A stretch of DNA of 64,000 bases from Octopus bimaculoides (taxonomy: Eukaryota). The translations under genes were made by a program, and so were the position numbers. The DNA is taken from the NCBI RefSeq assembly GCF_001194135.2, contig NC_068983.1, forward strand, positions 73,326,887 through 73,390,886, read 5' to 3'. The notes beneath the pieces are model-generated. The model had not been told where the DNA came from. It did not search any database and saw only the letters and a list, made by a program, of their open reading frames with translations. This document shows positions 39,009 to 52,556 of this stretch, piece after piece (within the stretch, counting starts at the first letter, position 1; each line of letters starts with the position of its first letter).

Positions 39009-39532
39009 TAGGCACAGGCGTGGCTGTGTGGTAAGAAGCCTGTTTCCCAACCACATAGTTCCGAGTTGAGTCCCACTGCGTGGCACCTTGGGAAAGTGTC
39101 TTCTACTATAGCTTCGGACCGACCAAAGCCTTGTGAGTGGATTTGGTAGACGGAAACTGAAAGCCCATCGTATATATATANNNNNNNNNNNNNNNNNNNN
39201 NNNNNNNNNNNNNNNNNNNNNNNNNNNNNNNNNNNNNNNNNNNNNNNNNNNNNNNNNNNNNNNNNNNNNNNNNNNNNNNNNNNNNNNNNNNNNNNNNNNN
39301 NNNNNNNNNNNNNNNNNNNNNNNNNNNNNNNNNNNNNNNNNNNNNNNNNNNNNNNNNNNNNNNNNNNNNNNNNNNGTTAGTGTGTTTACGTCCCTGTAAA
39401 TTAGCGGTTCGGTAAAACAGAATGATAGATTAATTACTAAGCTTACAAAGAATAAATTCTGGGGCCGATTTGTTCGACTGAAGATGGTGCTCCAACATGG
39501 GCGCAGTCAAATGATTGAAACAAGTAAAAGAA
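39009..39532 (+). mobile_element. SINE family A with an N gap at the internal microsatellite
   Basis: taggcacaggcgtggctgtgtggtaag...cagtcaaatgattgaaacaagtaaaag. Confidence 0.85.
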
Positions 39533-40673
39533 TGTAACTAATGACGTATAAATCCAATGACCAAACTTCAAATTCCGGTGAGCATCTACACAAATTTGAG
39601 CAATAAAAATCTTCAGAAATCACATTGACCTTACTATAGAATCATGCTCCTCCGCCAGAGCGACGATGACCATCTAGTCATCTCTGAATGATGACTGATG
39701 ACATGCGCAGTGACTTATCTGCACGCCGTCAGCTTCACTCTCTCGTGCGAGACCATCTGGTCCACATGTATGTGTGTGTGCGTGTGCGTGCGTGCGTGTG
39801 TGTACGTATGTGTATGCTAGCAGAAGTAAGCAAATTTACTAATCTGAGCAGAACAATTACAAATGATGATAGGCTCAGTGAAACTAGATCCCAGAGTGAG
39901 CAAGACCACCGCAGCAGTCGCATCAATATAGCGAAACAGATAAACAAAATCAATATATTTAATACGCTGTCTTTGTATATATACTTTATTTTTTGTGAGT
40001 AACACTTTAGCATTTGAAGTTGAATTTATTCCACTTTATAAGATTTACTTTCTAAATCATTTGACACGAGCTGGAGTCATTCTGTTTATTTATTTATTTA
40101 TTTATTATTTATTTTTGCTTTGTTTTGTCTCATAATACTTAATAAAACAGTTTGAAGCTTTCTAAATTAATCAACAGCATTTCTACTTTCTTACTGCAAT
40201 AGCGTCTCGTGTTTTTTGTTATGCTTGTCTTTTGTACCTGAAAGTTCATTCTGCTTTCTTCATGTTTAACTAATGTTTTAATGTTCATAAATTCAGATGA
40301 TTCGGCCGGCATCGCAACAGTCATAAGAAATTTCAATGCTACTTCAGTGTGCGGTCTATCACAGTATCTGTAGTCTATGCTGTGAAATTACCTACTCTGG
40401 GTTAAGGTTAGAGTTAAGAACATTTTGAAATTACAGATTGAAAATTCAGAAGGCCAAACTGTGTTAGTGCCTCCTCATGTCTACAATACAATTGTTGTTC
40501 TTCACGAACCTCTGCATTGAATCATAACTGTATAGTATTTTGGGAGTGGTTAATATAGCTTTCTTATTTTCCTGTTATTTTTGGCATTTTCATTTACTTC
40601 CTCATGCTCTAATTATCAACTTTCATCGGATACCTTTTTCAACAATTGCACCATCATTATTGAGGGCTCGAGT

Positions 40674-41041
40674 GGAGGCGCAATGACAGCGGACTCGCGG
40701 TCATAGGATCGCGGTTTCGATTCCCAGACCGGGCGTTGTGAGTGTTTATTGAGCGAAAACACCTAAAGCTCCACGAGGCTCCGGCAGGGGATGGTGGCGA
40801 ACCCTGCTGTACTCTTCCACCACAACTTTCTCTCACTCTTTCTTCTTGTTTCTGTTGTACCTGTATTTCAAAGGGCCAGCCTTGTCACACCGTGTCACGC
40901 TGAATATCCCCGAGAACTACGTTAAGGGTACACGTGTCTGTGGAGTGCTCAGCCACTTGCACGTTAATTTCACGAGCAGGCTGTTCCGTTGATCGGATCA
41001 ACTGGAACCCTCGACGTCGTAAGCGACGTAGTGCCAACAAC
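40674..41041 (+). mobile_element. SINE family B with a 15-bp TSD and a short head deletion
   Basis: attgagggctcgagt at 40659-40673 and 41042-41056. Confidence 0.93.
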
Positions 41042-41197
41042 ATTGAGGGCTCGAGTACTCTAGTAAAGAAATAAATCATTTCGTATTTGGTTTGCAAGAT
41101 TCTTGATGTGAACTTGTGCGTTGAAACAGATTTTGTTGCATCTCAGGAGGGTCATTATGCCAATAATAATCTCACACACTGGTTCTTTTTCACTTCT

Positions 41198-41211
41198 TTT
41201 GTTGTTGTTGC

Positions 41212-41269
<58 letters not shown>

Positions 41270-41308
41270 CTTCTTCTTCTTCTTCTTCTTCTTCTTCTTC
41301 TTCTTCTT

Positions 41309-41371
<63 letters not shown>
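41198..41371. repeat. Compound trinucleotide microsatellite (GTT)n(CTT)n(ATT)n
   Basis: Direct observation. Confidence 0.95.
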
Positions 41372-41910
41372 GAGTGAGAGAGCAGAGCATGCCATCAAAG
41401 TGACACTGGGGTAAAATATATGAAACTCATCATGACTACCCGCCTGATAAGAGTACACCAGGCACATGCATCACAACCATATGTGCACGACATAGTGATC
41501 TCATAACAGGATAAACAGCGCATGACCTTGCAGGTGGAGCCCTGTTAGAATTTTTTTCAGGTCGAGTAGCCCATCCCTCTCAAAGGTCCCTGAGTAAGGG
41601 TTGTTTAAGGATGATGAACAAAACACCCATGTTTCCAAAGGTGAATTATCCAAACCCGAAAGAATTCCTCTCAACACATAGCTATGATGCACCCCCACTA
41701 CTTCTGCTCGTGATCAGAGATGCACATATCTTCAGTCATTAAGGGACATGCTCAACTGGTTAAGGCCAAACAACTGACAAGCAAATCTGTGCTATTGAGC
41801 AGAATATTTGCTGCAGACCATCTTTTATACCAAGACAAAACAATGTACATGACAATACTTCCAATCAGTTAAGATCAGAAGCCATGAGAGCCACTACCTG
41901 GTACTGCATC
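41371..41910 (-). mobile_element. Family E: ~540-bp noncoding insert bounded by (TAA)n on both sides
   Basis: Complex sequence with sharp boundaries inside (ATT)n tracts and no long ORF. The strand is inferred from the (TAA)n tail, and the mobile-element status is inferred. Confidence 0.6.
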
Positions 41911-42012
<102 letters not shown>

Positions 42013-42029
42013 TATTATGATTATTATTG

Positions 42030-42741
42030 TTCAGTAGTTTTATTTTTATAACGTGCTTTCNNNNNNNNNNNNNNNNNNNNNNNNNNNNNNNNNNNNNNNN
42101 NNNNNNNNNNNNNNNNNNNNNNNNNNNNNNNNNNNNNNNNNNNNNNNNNNNNNNNNNNNNNNNNNNNNNNNNNNNNNNNNNNNNNNNNNNNNNNNNNNNN
42201 NNNNNNNNNNNNNNNNNNNNNNNNNNNNNNNNNNNNNNNNNNNNNNNNNNNNNNNNNNNNNNNNNNNNNNNNNNNNNNNNNNNNNNNNNNNNNNNNNNNN
42301 NNNNNNNNNNNNNNNNNNNNNNNNNNNNNNNNNNNNNNNNNNNNNNNNNNNNNNNNNNATTTTTTTTCTTCATGATCTTTGACAACTATATCTGGTCTAT
42401 TGCCTTAATTTCTCTATCTGTGTGTATTGGCATATCCCAGAGTATGGTTGCTTTCTCGTTTTCTGTGACCTTTTCTGGCGTGTGTTTATACCATCTTTTT
42501 TCTGTTGTTATTCCATAGTGTTGGCATAGCTTCCAGTGTATATAGGTCCCAGCTCTGTCGTGTCTGTGAATATATTCCTTCTTAGCCAGGACTGGGCAGC
42601 CAGAGATAATATGATTTATTGTTTCTTGTCCATCTCTACATATTCTACAGTTACTCATGTTTCTTTTCATTATATTTTTTGGTAATTTCTGGTGGGGAGG
42701 CTTTGGTCTTGTGCAGCAATTAAAAATCCTTCAGTCTCTGC
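42030..42741 (-). mobile_element. 5'-truncated R4/Dong-like LINE inserted in (TAA)n
   Basis: AETEGFLIAAQDQSLPTRNY...CRICRDGQETINHIISGCPVLAKKEYIHRHD...ILWDMPIHTDREIK (CCHC knuckle and start of the REL domain); (ATT)n on both sides. Confidence 0.92.
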
Positions 42742-42788
<47 letters not shown>

Positions 42789-42790
<2 letters not shown>

Positions 42791-43018
42791 GACAACGAGC
42801 TGGCAGAATTGTAACCACGGTTTGGACAAAGTGCTTAGCAGTATTTCTTCAAGTTTTACGTTCTGAGTTCAAATTCAGCCGAGATCGACTTTGCCTTTCA
42901 TCCTTTCGGGGTCGATGAAATAAGTACCAGTTAAGTGCTGAGGTCGATGCAATCGATTAGCTCCCTCCACGAAAACAAAAACAAAAAATCAGGCCCTATG
43001 CCTACAATAGGAAGGATT
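42789..43018 (+). mobile_element. SINE family C
   Basis: gagctggcagaattg...ttctgagttcaaattcagccgagatcgactttgcctttcatcctttcggggtcgatgaaataagtaccagtt. Confidence 0.8.
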
Positions 43019-43021
43019 ATT

Positions 43022-43133
43022 ATTATTAGTTAACTAGTTAACCATTTAACCAATTAACTAATTGTTTGATTGATTGACCGAACGATAAATCAAATAATTG
43101 ATTAGTTAATTGGTTAACTAGTTAACTAATAAT
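43022..43133. repeat. AT-rich foldback palindrome
   Basis: attattagttaactagttaacca and tggttaactagttaactaataat form a perfect 23-bp inverted pair, with further imperfect inner pairing. Confidence 0.85.
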
Positions 43134-43411
43134 TAAAGACAGTGTTTAGCAGCACATATACTTTATCTCGCCTCTCTCTCTCTCTCTCTCTCTCTCTTAC
43201 ACACACACATACACACACACACATATGCACACACATATGCACACACTGGCACACACATACACACACTTACACGCGCGCGCACTATTTTGATAAGGAACAC
43301 AACGCAGTTCTGGATAGAGCAAAAGACGAAGAAACTTATAGATGGAACATCATTGATCATGTCTGTTCGATCAGTACTGATCTAAGCCTACACATCATCA
43401 TCGTCGTCGTC

Positions 43412-43472
<61 letters not shown>

Positions 43473-43544
43473 ACAACAACTAGAAAGCTTCTGCGCAGTC
43501 GTTTGATCGGCTAGACAGCGTAGCCAAACAACCCTACTCTCTTT

Positions 43545-44180
43545 TATTTCATATTTGTTTTAGTCATTCGACTGTTGTCATGCTGGGGCTCAATCTTGAA
43601 GGGTGTAATCGAACAAATCGACCCTAGTACTTAGTTTTAAAGTCTGATAATTATTCTATCTATCATTTTGTCGAACCGCTAAGTTACGGGATGCATAAAC
43701 AAAGCAATATTGGTTGTGAAGCAGTAGAGGGACATACACGAACACAAAGACACACACATACGTAAGTATGTATGTATGTATGTATGAGGATGTGGAGGCG
43801 CAATGGCCCAGTGGTTAGGGCAGCGGACTCGAGGTTTCGATTCCCAGACCGGGCGTTGTGAGTGTTTATTGAGCGAAAACACCTAAAGCTCCACGAGGCT
43901 CCGGCAGGGGATGGTGGCGAACCCTGCTGTACTCTTTCACAACAACTTTCTCTCACTCTTACTTCCGTTTCTGTTGTGCTTGTAATTCAAAGGGTCAGCC
44001 TTGTAGCACTGTGTCACGCTGAATATCTCCGAGAATTACGTTAAGTGTACACGTGTCTGTGGAGTGCTCAGCCACTTGCACGTTAATTTCACGAGCAGGC
44101 TGTTCCGTTGATCGGATCAACTGGAACCCTCGACGTCGTAAGCGACGGAGTGCCAACAACATGTATGAGGATGTACGTAC

Positions 44181-44216
<36 letters not shown>

Positions 44217-44289
44217 ACGCACGACGGGGCAGGTTTCTTGCAGTTCACCAAATCTACACACAAGGCTTTGATCGTCCTGGGGCTATATT
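43545..44289 (-). mobile_element. Old family A SINE split by a family B insertion
   Basis: A-tail at ~43545-43740; A mid/head part at ~44215-44289. Confidence 0.6.
43794..44160 (+). mobile_element. SINE family B with a 14-bp TSD
   Basis: atgtatgaggatgt on both sides. Confidence 0.92.
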
Positions 44290-44689
44290 NNNNNNNNNNN
44301 NNNNNNNNNNNNNNNNNNNNNNNNNNNNNNNNNNNNNNNNNNNNNNNNNNNNNNNNNNNNNNNNNNNNNNNNNNNNNNNNNNNNNNNNNNNNNNNNNNNN
44401 NNNNNNNNNNNNNNNNNNNNNNNNNNNNNNNNNNNNNNNNNNNNNNNNNNNNNNNNNNNNNNNNNNNNNNNNNNNNNNNNNNNNNNNNNNNNNNNNNNNN
44501 NNNNNNNNNNNNNNNNNNNNNNNNNNNNNNNNNNNNNNNNNNNNNNNNNNNNNNNNNNNNNNNNNNNNNNNNNNNNNNNNNNNNNNNNNNNNNNNNNNNN
44601 NNNNNNNNNNNNNNNNNNNNNNNNNNNNNNNNNCCACCACCACCACCACCACCACCACCATCACCACCACGGTACTTACTTTTAAAGTT

Positions 44690-44955
44690 TGGTATTTATT
44701 CTATCGGTGTATTTTGCCGAACTGCTAAGAGTTACGGGGACGTAAACACCAACACGGGTCATCAAGCGGTTGGACACATATACGCACACACATACACTTG
44801 AGTTTCTTTCAGTTTCCGTCTATCAAAACCACCCACAAGGCCCGAGACTATAGTCAAAGACACCTACCTGCTCTAGGTGTCACGCAGTGGGACTGAACCC
44901 GGATCTATGTGTTTGGGAAGCAAACTGCTTACCTCACAGCCCTGCCTGCGTCTAT
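44690..44955 (-). mobile_element. SINE family A, diverged partial copy
   Basis: gccgaactgctaagagttacggggacgtaaacacc...gcagtgggactgaacccgg. Confidence 0.7.
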
Positions 44956-45132
44956 CCATGCCTGCACATTACATGACTACTATCAATATTATCAGCATCA
45001 TCATCATCACCACCAACATCATCACCATCAATATCATCATCGTCACAACCACTACACAACGAATTGACTTTCTAATTTTCTGCCCATTAAGTTTTGACGC
45101 TTTCACTTTCTGTTTAAATTTCATATTTTAGT

Positions 45133-45864
45133 TTGGAAACAACTTTTGAACATTTTTCATTATTTAGTGAACGTTTCTTTTTTTTTTTTCATATTTTAAA
45201 TTTGTTTTTCATTTCTTTTCACCTTGTATCACGTAATATCAAACACACTCTCCTCTTCTCTTCATCTTCTTTTATCTTTCTCTACCTCTCTGTCCCCCCT
45301 ATCTCTCACTTTCACTTTCACTCTTTCTCACTCACACTTTCACCTTACACCACTATTATTACCTCCTTTCCTTTTTCATTATTCACTCCCTCGTTGCTCT
45401 GTCTCTATCTTTCATTCATACTTTCCAGCTCGCATCATTTTATATTATCTTCCTCTTCTCTTTTCTCTTCCCATCCTCTTTTTCATTCTAATGCTTTTCA
45501 TTCATTTTTCACTCACTCACTCACATTGTACTCTTCTTGGACTTATATTAACACTACTTTTCTCTTTTCTCTCCGTTTCACGAACATCTCTTTCTCCCAT
45601 TCTTCATTCTCACTCTTTCTCACCGCTCTCCCCTTCACTTACACTCTTCCCCTTGCTAGAATCTACACTAACTTTCTCCACTTTTCCCTCCCTTTATTTT
45701 TTATCTCTTCCGCTTTCCACTCACCCTCAGTCTACGCTATTACTCTCTCAGTCACATTCTTCCTCTTACATCACTTATATTCACTCATTTCCTTTCTCTT
45801 CACTTCTGTTTTCCACTCACGCACGCTCTTCATCCTCAACACCCAATTGTCTCTTTTTTCTATC

Positions 45865-45897
<33 letters not shown>

Positions 45898-45990
45898 ACA
45901 TGCACACGCATACACACACACGCACGCACACGCACACACACATACATGCACACGCATGCACACACACGCAGACACACACAGAAGCGCGCA
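45133..45990. repeat. CT-rich low-complexity tract followed by (CA)n
   Basis: Polypyrimidine composition; the ORFs here are compositional artefacts. Confidence 0.85.
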
Positions 45991-46504
45991 TCGCTTAAAC
46001 ACACTCATTGCCTTTTAATTGGCCAATAAAGTATCCTCTGCACAGACACTAAACCTGCTAGAAATAGCAACTAAATTTCATTTCCCCATTGGCTTTTTAA
46101 TTTCTGACATACGGCTACATACATCCTTCCTCCGTCTCCTTTTTCTTCTATTTCTCTATCTCTCATTTTTCTCACAAGCATTGTTTTGCAACAAGCCATG
46201 CATTTACACGGCATCCAAGAAATAGTCACGAAAGCTCCTCACTCCTACAAACACAAACAACACACGTGCACACGCGCGCGCGCATATACGCTCACTTTCC
46301 CTATTTCTCCTCTCTGTTTCACTCATACACAAATACACCCACAAATACACATGCGCTAACACACTCACTCGCACATTCGCAATCAATTGCATACAACTAT
46401 TGATTGCCTCTTGAAGTTCCAGTGCTTGATCTGCTAGAAATGTTAATATAATCTGCCTGAAATCGTAACGATACCGTCTTAAAAGGTAGAAAAAATTATA
46501 TTAC

Positions 46505-46723
46505 TCTTTTACTCTTTTACTTGCTTCAGTCATTTGACTGCGGCCATGCTGGAGCACCGCCTTTAGTCGAGTAAATCGACCCCAGGACTTATTCTTTGTA
46601 AGCCTAGTACTTATTCTATCGGTCTCTTTTTGCCGAACCGCTAAGTTACGGGGACGTAAACACACCAGCATCGGTTGTCAAGCGATGGTGGTGGTGGTGG
46701 GGGGGACAAATGCAGACACACAG

Positions 46724-46764
<41 letters not shown>

Positions 46765-46844
46765 TACGACGGGCTTCTTTCAGTTTCCGTCTACCAAATC
46801 CACTCACAAGTCTTTGGTCGGCCCGAGTAGAAGACACTTGCCCA
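46505..46844 (-). mobile_element. SINE family A, near consensus; runs into an N gap
   Basis: ctcttttactcttttacttgcttcagtcatttgactgcggcc...agaagacacttgccca. Confidence 0.9.
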
Positions 46845-48009
46845 NNNNNNNNNNNNNNNNNNNNNNNNNNNNNNNNNNNNNNNNNNNNNNNNNNNNNNNN
46901 NNNNNNNNNNNNNNNNNNNNNNNNNNNNNNNNNNNNNNNNNNNNNNNNNNNNNNNNNNNNNNNNNNNNNNNNNNNNNNNNNNNNNNNNNNNNNNNNNNNN
47001 NNNNNNNNNNNNNNNNNNNNNNNNNNNNNNNNNNNNNNNNNNNNNNNNNNNNNNNNNNNNNNNNNNNNNNNNNNNNNNNNNNNNNNNNNNNNNNNNNNNN
47101 NNNNNNNNNNNNNNNNNNNNNNNNNNNNNNNNNNNNNNNNNNNNNNNNNNNNNNNNNNNNNNNNNNNNNNNNNNNNNNNNNNNNNNNNNNNNNNNNNNNN
47201 NNNNNNNNNNNNNNNNNNNNNNNNNNNNNNNNNNNNNNNNNNNNNNNNNNNNNNNNNNNNNNNNNNNNNNNNNNNNNNNNNNNNNNNNNNNNNNNNNNNN
47301 NNNNNNNNNNNNNNNNNNNNNNNNNNNNNNNNNNNNNNNNNNNNNNNNNNNNNNNNNNNNNNNNNNNNNNNNNNNNNNNNNNNNNNNNNNNNNNNNNNNN
47401 NNNNNNNNNNNNNNNNNNNNNNNNNNNNNNNNNNNNNNNNNNNNNNNNNNNNNNNNNNNNNNNNNNNNNNNNNNNNNNNNNNNNNNNNNNNNNNNNNNNN
47501 NNNNNNNNNNNNNNNNNNNNNNNNNNNNNNNNNNNNNNNNNNNNNNNNNNNNNNNNNNNNNNNNNNNNNNNNNNNNNNNNNNNNNNNNNNNNNNNNNNNN
47601 NNNNNNNNNNNNNNNNNNNATATATATATATATATACGTACACACACACACGTATACGACGGGCTTTCACATAGTTTCCATCTAACAAATTTACTTAAAA
47701 GGTATTGGCCGGCTACAGCAGAAGACACTATTGAGTGACTTTATGTTTTAAACGCACAGTTCGTGAAGAATGATGTCAACGGATCCTCAGCTACCGTTGT
47801 TTCCGTTTCATTTACCCGCCTCAGTAACGATCATTGTCGTTGTTCTGGGCTAAGTCTTTGACATATAGTCTCTCAAGAAGATTTTCTCAGCGTTGAAATA
47901 TTACAGTTTGCACAGTGCTGTGTTTGTATATGCCTTACAAATGTCATACACGTTGCTATTATATCCACTATTATGTACATTATATCCAATATTCACTCTG
48001 GATATATAT

Positions 48010-48850
48010 GTAGGGTGTCTGACTAAATTTGGTTTTTTTTTTTTATGCGTCATTATTTCAGGAACAGCTTGATGTACTAGGCAACAGTCAACGGGGATGG
48101 AGAGCGTAGAGACTAAAGATGTAGTTGAGAAAATTAGTTGACATGGAGGACAGAAAGCCATCTCAGGATTGGAAAAGAGTTACCTATATTATGTTGATTC
48201 GTGCCGGGTATCAAAATGTCGAGAACATGACCGCTGCTCAATCCTCTGTGACCACTGTAAAGGTTGTACAACATGACATAGACAACGGAGACTATGAAGT
48301 CGTGGCCTGCAGTAAAGGACACAGCAGTCGTTTTGACTGTGTTCGCACGCCGGAATTCATCCTCACATCTTTGAACAGGGTCTTTAGCTCAACTGGTACA
48401 GCTATGTGAAGCTGCTGGTGACTATGGTCAAATCCTATCTAGAGAGGGTTGCTGCTGAAAAGCTATATGAGTGGCAGCAGGATTCAGTTCTTTACCATAT
48501 CTCTGAAAAATGTCAGAAGTGGCTGTCGAAGAACCTCTACGACTCACCAATCCCAATTTCTGGTCTCCTAACTCATCCGACTTCAATCCCATAGATTTCT
48601 ATGTGTAGAATGCGGTCAAGAAAAACACAAACCACCCTGCCTACAACGCCCAGGTCCGGCTGGTGGCTGAACATCTTTCCAAGGACACACTGAAGAAACG
48701 CATGTACTAGATTCTGGAGCCGTCTCGAGGCCGTGGCGAAAGCTGAAGACAGCTACTTTGAGTAAACTGTTATTTTTCAGCCATAATTCAGTTGATATTT
48801 TCGGAATTTTAAAAATAATTTCATCTTTGGATAGGATATTGTGTTTCTTT
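48010..48850 (+). mobile_element. Tc1/mariner-superfamily remnant, heavily decayed
   Basis: YEWQQDSVLYHISEKCQKWLSKNL, then NFWSPNSSDFNPIDFYV (WPPNSPDLNP-like) and RLEAVAKAEDSYFE*. Confidence 0.8.
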
Positions 48851-49097
48851 TTTTCCTTTAATGCAAACTGTCAAATTTAATCCGAATATGTGTGTGCATG
48901 TGTGTGTGCATGTGTGTGTGTGTGTGTGTGCATGTGTGTGTGCATGTGTGTGTGTGTGTGTGTGTGTGTGCATGTGTGTGTGTAAGTGTTGTCATTTAAA
49001 TGAGGAAAAGAGAAGTCAAATTGACATTACAATTGTTTATGTAAACGGACAATATTTTTATTCCATATCTCATACAATGTTATGTAATACATGTCAT

Positions 49098-49485
49098 GGT
49101 GGAGGCGCAATGGCCCAGTGGTTAGGACAGCGGACTCGCGGTCATAGGATCGCGATTTCGATTCCCAGACCGGGCGTTGTGAGTGTTTATTGAGCGAAAA
49201 CACCTAAAGCTCCACGAGGCTCCGGCAGGGGATGGTGGCGAACCCTGTTGTACTCTTTCACCACAACTTTCTCTCACTCTTACTTCCTGTTTCTGTTGTG
49301 CCTGTAATTCAAAGGGTCAGCCTTGTAGCACTGTGTCACGCTGAATATCCCCGAGAACTACGTTAAGGGTACACGTGTCTGTGGAGTGCTCAGCCACTTG
49401 CACGTTAATTTCACGAGCAGGCTGTTCCGTTGATCGGATCAACTGGAACCCTCGACGTCGTAAGCGACGGAGTGCCAACAACAAC
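49098..49485 (+). mobile_element. SINE family B with a 12-bp TSD
   Basis: aatacatgtcat at 49086-49097 and 49486-49497. Confidence 0.93.
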
Positions 49486-50112
49486 AATACATGTCATTAT
49501 ATGTGGAAATATATAATAATAATCCTATAGTCCATTTGTTTCTTCAGGTATCATGATTTGAAGGCAGCATCGACGAAATGAATGTTTTAGGATAGGTTCA
49601 TTTGGTCGCGTAACAATATGTAAATAGAGCGAACACAGAGCTTTCTCTTGATACTCCTGTAGGATTTATGGCAATAAATCTTTAAAAAAGCCAGTACATA
49701 TACATACACATATATGTACGTACGTACACACACATACGTAGTACACACACATACATAGTNNNNNNNNNNNNNNNNNNNNNNNNNNNNNNNNNNNNNNNNN
49801 NNNNNNNNNNNNNNNNNNNNNNNNNNNNNNNNNNNNNNNNNNNNNNNNNNNNNNNNNNNGAAAATACTGGCGCCTCCGTTTTAAAATAGATCCACATTCT
49901 TTATTGACATTATGACCAGTCACTGTGCTTTCGAACACATCCGAAATAATAATATAAAAAGAATTGAACTAAAAAACAAGTAAAGGTTGACAAAAAGAAC
50001 ATCCACTCGTCAAATGGTTACTTCAAATATTAATAATCTATCTACTCCATGCTGTCATTGAAAAATGGACTTTAAACTAACGACGATATGTGTGTGTGTG
50101 TACGTACACATA

Positions 50113-50317
50113 TACAAGAGAGTACTGAAAAGCTCCTGGCTTTGGGAAAAGAAATTACAGAAGGATCAGTTAATTATGATTTTATTCAACATATTCTCCT
50201 CGCAGCAGCCCTTCAGTTTTTCTAAGCTCTGTAAAAGAACTCGGAAGGTTGAGTCTCCAACCAGACCTTTCGCGACACCCTTAAAACCAGGAGCTTTTCA
50301 GACTCCCACCTCTCGTA
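50113..50317. mobile_element. Mariner-type MITE
   Basis: Imperfect TIRs tacaagagagtactgaaaagctcctgg / ccaggagcttttcagactcccacctctcgta, with TA ends. Confidence 0.75.
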
Positions 50318-50445
50318 CACATGTAATTGCATATTTTACGAAACTTTCCACTTTTGAGCAATGGTGTTACAAACGGTGGGGTACCGAAACGATTGTAACT
50401 AGTAATAAATAAGTGCGAAACTCTTTTCCGGTTTTTGAGTTGGAT

Positions 50446-50486
<41 letters not shown>

Positions 50487-52334
50487 GGAGAGAGAGAGAG
50501 AGAGCATATGTGTGTATGTGCGTGTGCATGTATGTATATGTATGTGTATGTATGTACACGTCATAAATATATATAACATGGGCGTAGCCAAGATTTCGAC
50601 AGAGGGGCTTTTCAATTATTAAAATAGATCCACCATTAGCTGTCTAATTTGCGTTTCTATGCACATGTAATGTATAGGCAGCTTGGTGGTAGAGTAGTTC
50701 GATAAGTTCCCAAGGAACAACCACCCTCCTGACTACGTATGATGTGTAAAGAAGGGGAGAAATAAAATGAGAGAAAACGAGAGAGAGTGAGTGCACAGAG
50801 AGAACGAGAGAGTGAGTACACATATGTGACTGTCCTCTATTTGTAAATATAAATTACATAGTTACTGTACTTCTTTGTTCGACTTCTGCGTGATGTGCTT
50901 TCCTATTTTGTTGTTGTTTTCCTAACATAAATTCCACTCAAATTTCTGTATTCAATATTTTTCTCTTCGTGCCTCTAACTCTTCCTCTTCGCCATACTCC
51001 TCCCTCTCCTTCTTACCTTCTTTAACTCACTTTTCCATCTGTACGTCTCTTCCTTTCCTCTCTTTATTTCACCACCCTCATTCGTTTTCTTTCTCTTTCA
51101 CTTCTTTTATTTTTTTCTTCTTCCCCTTCTTCTTATAGGATTTTCCAACCTAAACACGGGAGGCTATTCATTGTAGTCGAGAAAAAAAAACAAAGCAGCC
51201 AAATCCTCCCTCATATAAGGAATGGACGGTGTGGAAATGTAATCCCATGTACATCTAAAAAGGCCGGTCAATCCTGAAATGGAAAGCATTTCATCATAGG
51301 TCTACTCCACTAGAGTTGACCTGGGGCTAAACAACAACAGCACTATTATCTCACTAACCACTTCTATTTATTTTTCTGCCTCCTTCTTTCGTCCTCCTTT
51401 TCTTCCTTCACTTCTACGCATCCCCCCCCCCTTCCTTATCTCGGCAACGTTAAACGTTAACTCGTTCGCTACTGCCAACTTCACATATTTTCTACTCACA
51501 CATATACACAACACCCACAACATACTGCCGACACGCACGCATACAGACACACACACACACACACGTACTACAAACAAACAAACATACAAGCGAGCGAGTG
51601 AGCGAACACTCAGCTTTTACCATTACTCATACTACCACTACTACTACTACCCGTCAGCTCCGACTCACACGCACCCCCCGCCAAACACACGAAATGCACA
51701 CCCTCCTCGCCACCTAGCCGACCGCACGCTTCGCTGAACATACAAACTCTCTCATATTATAACTTTGATCTTTATTACCCTTCATCCAACACGCACGCAC
51801 ACACATAAATACGTGTTTACACATACATACACACACACACACACATACACATACACTCACTCACACACAGTCTGTCGCTTTATATTCCTCTTTTCTTTTT
51901 CCGTACATCTCACTCTTTCTCTCTCTCTCTCTTACTCCCTCTTTCGTTTTTCTCTCTGTCTTTCTATAATATTTTATGACTCGCTCCCTTTTCTCTTTTG
52001 CTTTTTCATCTTAGCTTTTATGTCGTTTTTTTTTTTACTCTCTCCTACTTCTGCTATCTGCAAACTTTTACTCCCACTTCCATTTTTACTTGTCTGTTTG
52101 ATCTTCTCTTCTGCCTTTTCCTCTCTCTAACATCTTTTCGGTTTTTCTTTTTCATCTCTCTCTGTGATATACACACACACAATATACATACATACACTTT
52201 ATATATATATACAACATACATACACACATATATATACATATATATACACACACTCTACTTTGTAAGTTTTACAGCTATCTCTCTCCTCTCTTTATCTATT
52301 TATTTATCTATTCATCTGTCTATCTATCCATTTA

Positions 52335-52347
52335 GTGTGTCTGTCTG

Positions 52348-52402
<55 letters not shown>

Positions 52403-52417
52403 GTCGTCTGTCTGTGT

Positions 52418-52474
<57 letters not shown>

Positions 52475-52476
52475 GG

Positions 52477-52553
<77 letters not shown>
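52335..52553. repeat. Long (TCTA)n microsatellite within a CT-rich region
   Basis: Direct observation. Confidence 0.95.

Positions 52554-52556
<3 letters not shown>

Noticed and set aside
41060-41467. Poly-N/K/V/L ORFs
   Set aside because: Trinucleotide microsatellite artefacts.
45133-46029. 298-aa F/L/S-rich ORF resembling a membrane protein (similar at 34004-34629 and 51998-52967)
   Set aside because: Translation of CT-rich low-complexity and microsatellite DNA.
49098-49175. tRNA-like sequences with A and B boxes
   Set aside because: These are SINE heads joined to SINE bodies with TSDs, not tRNA genes.
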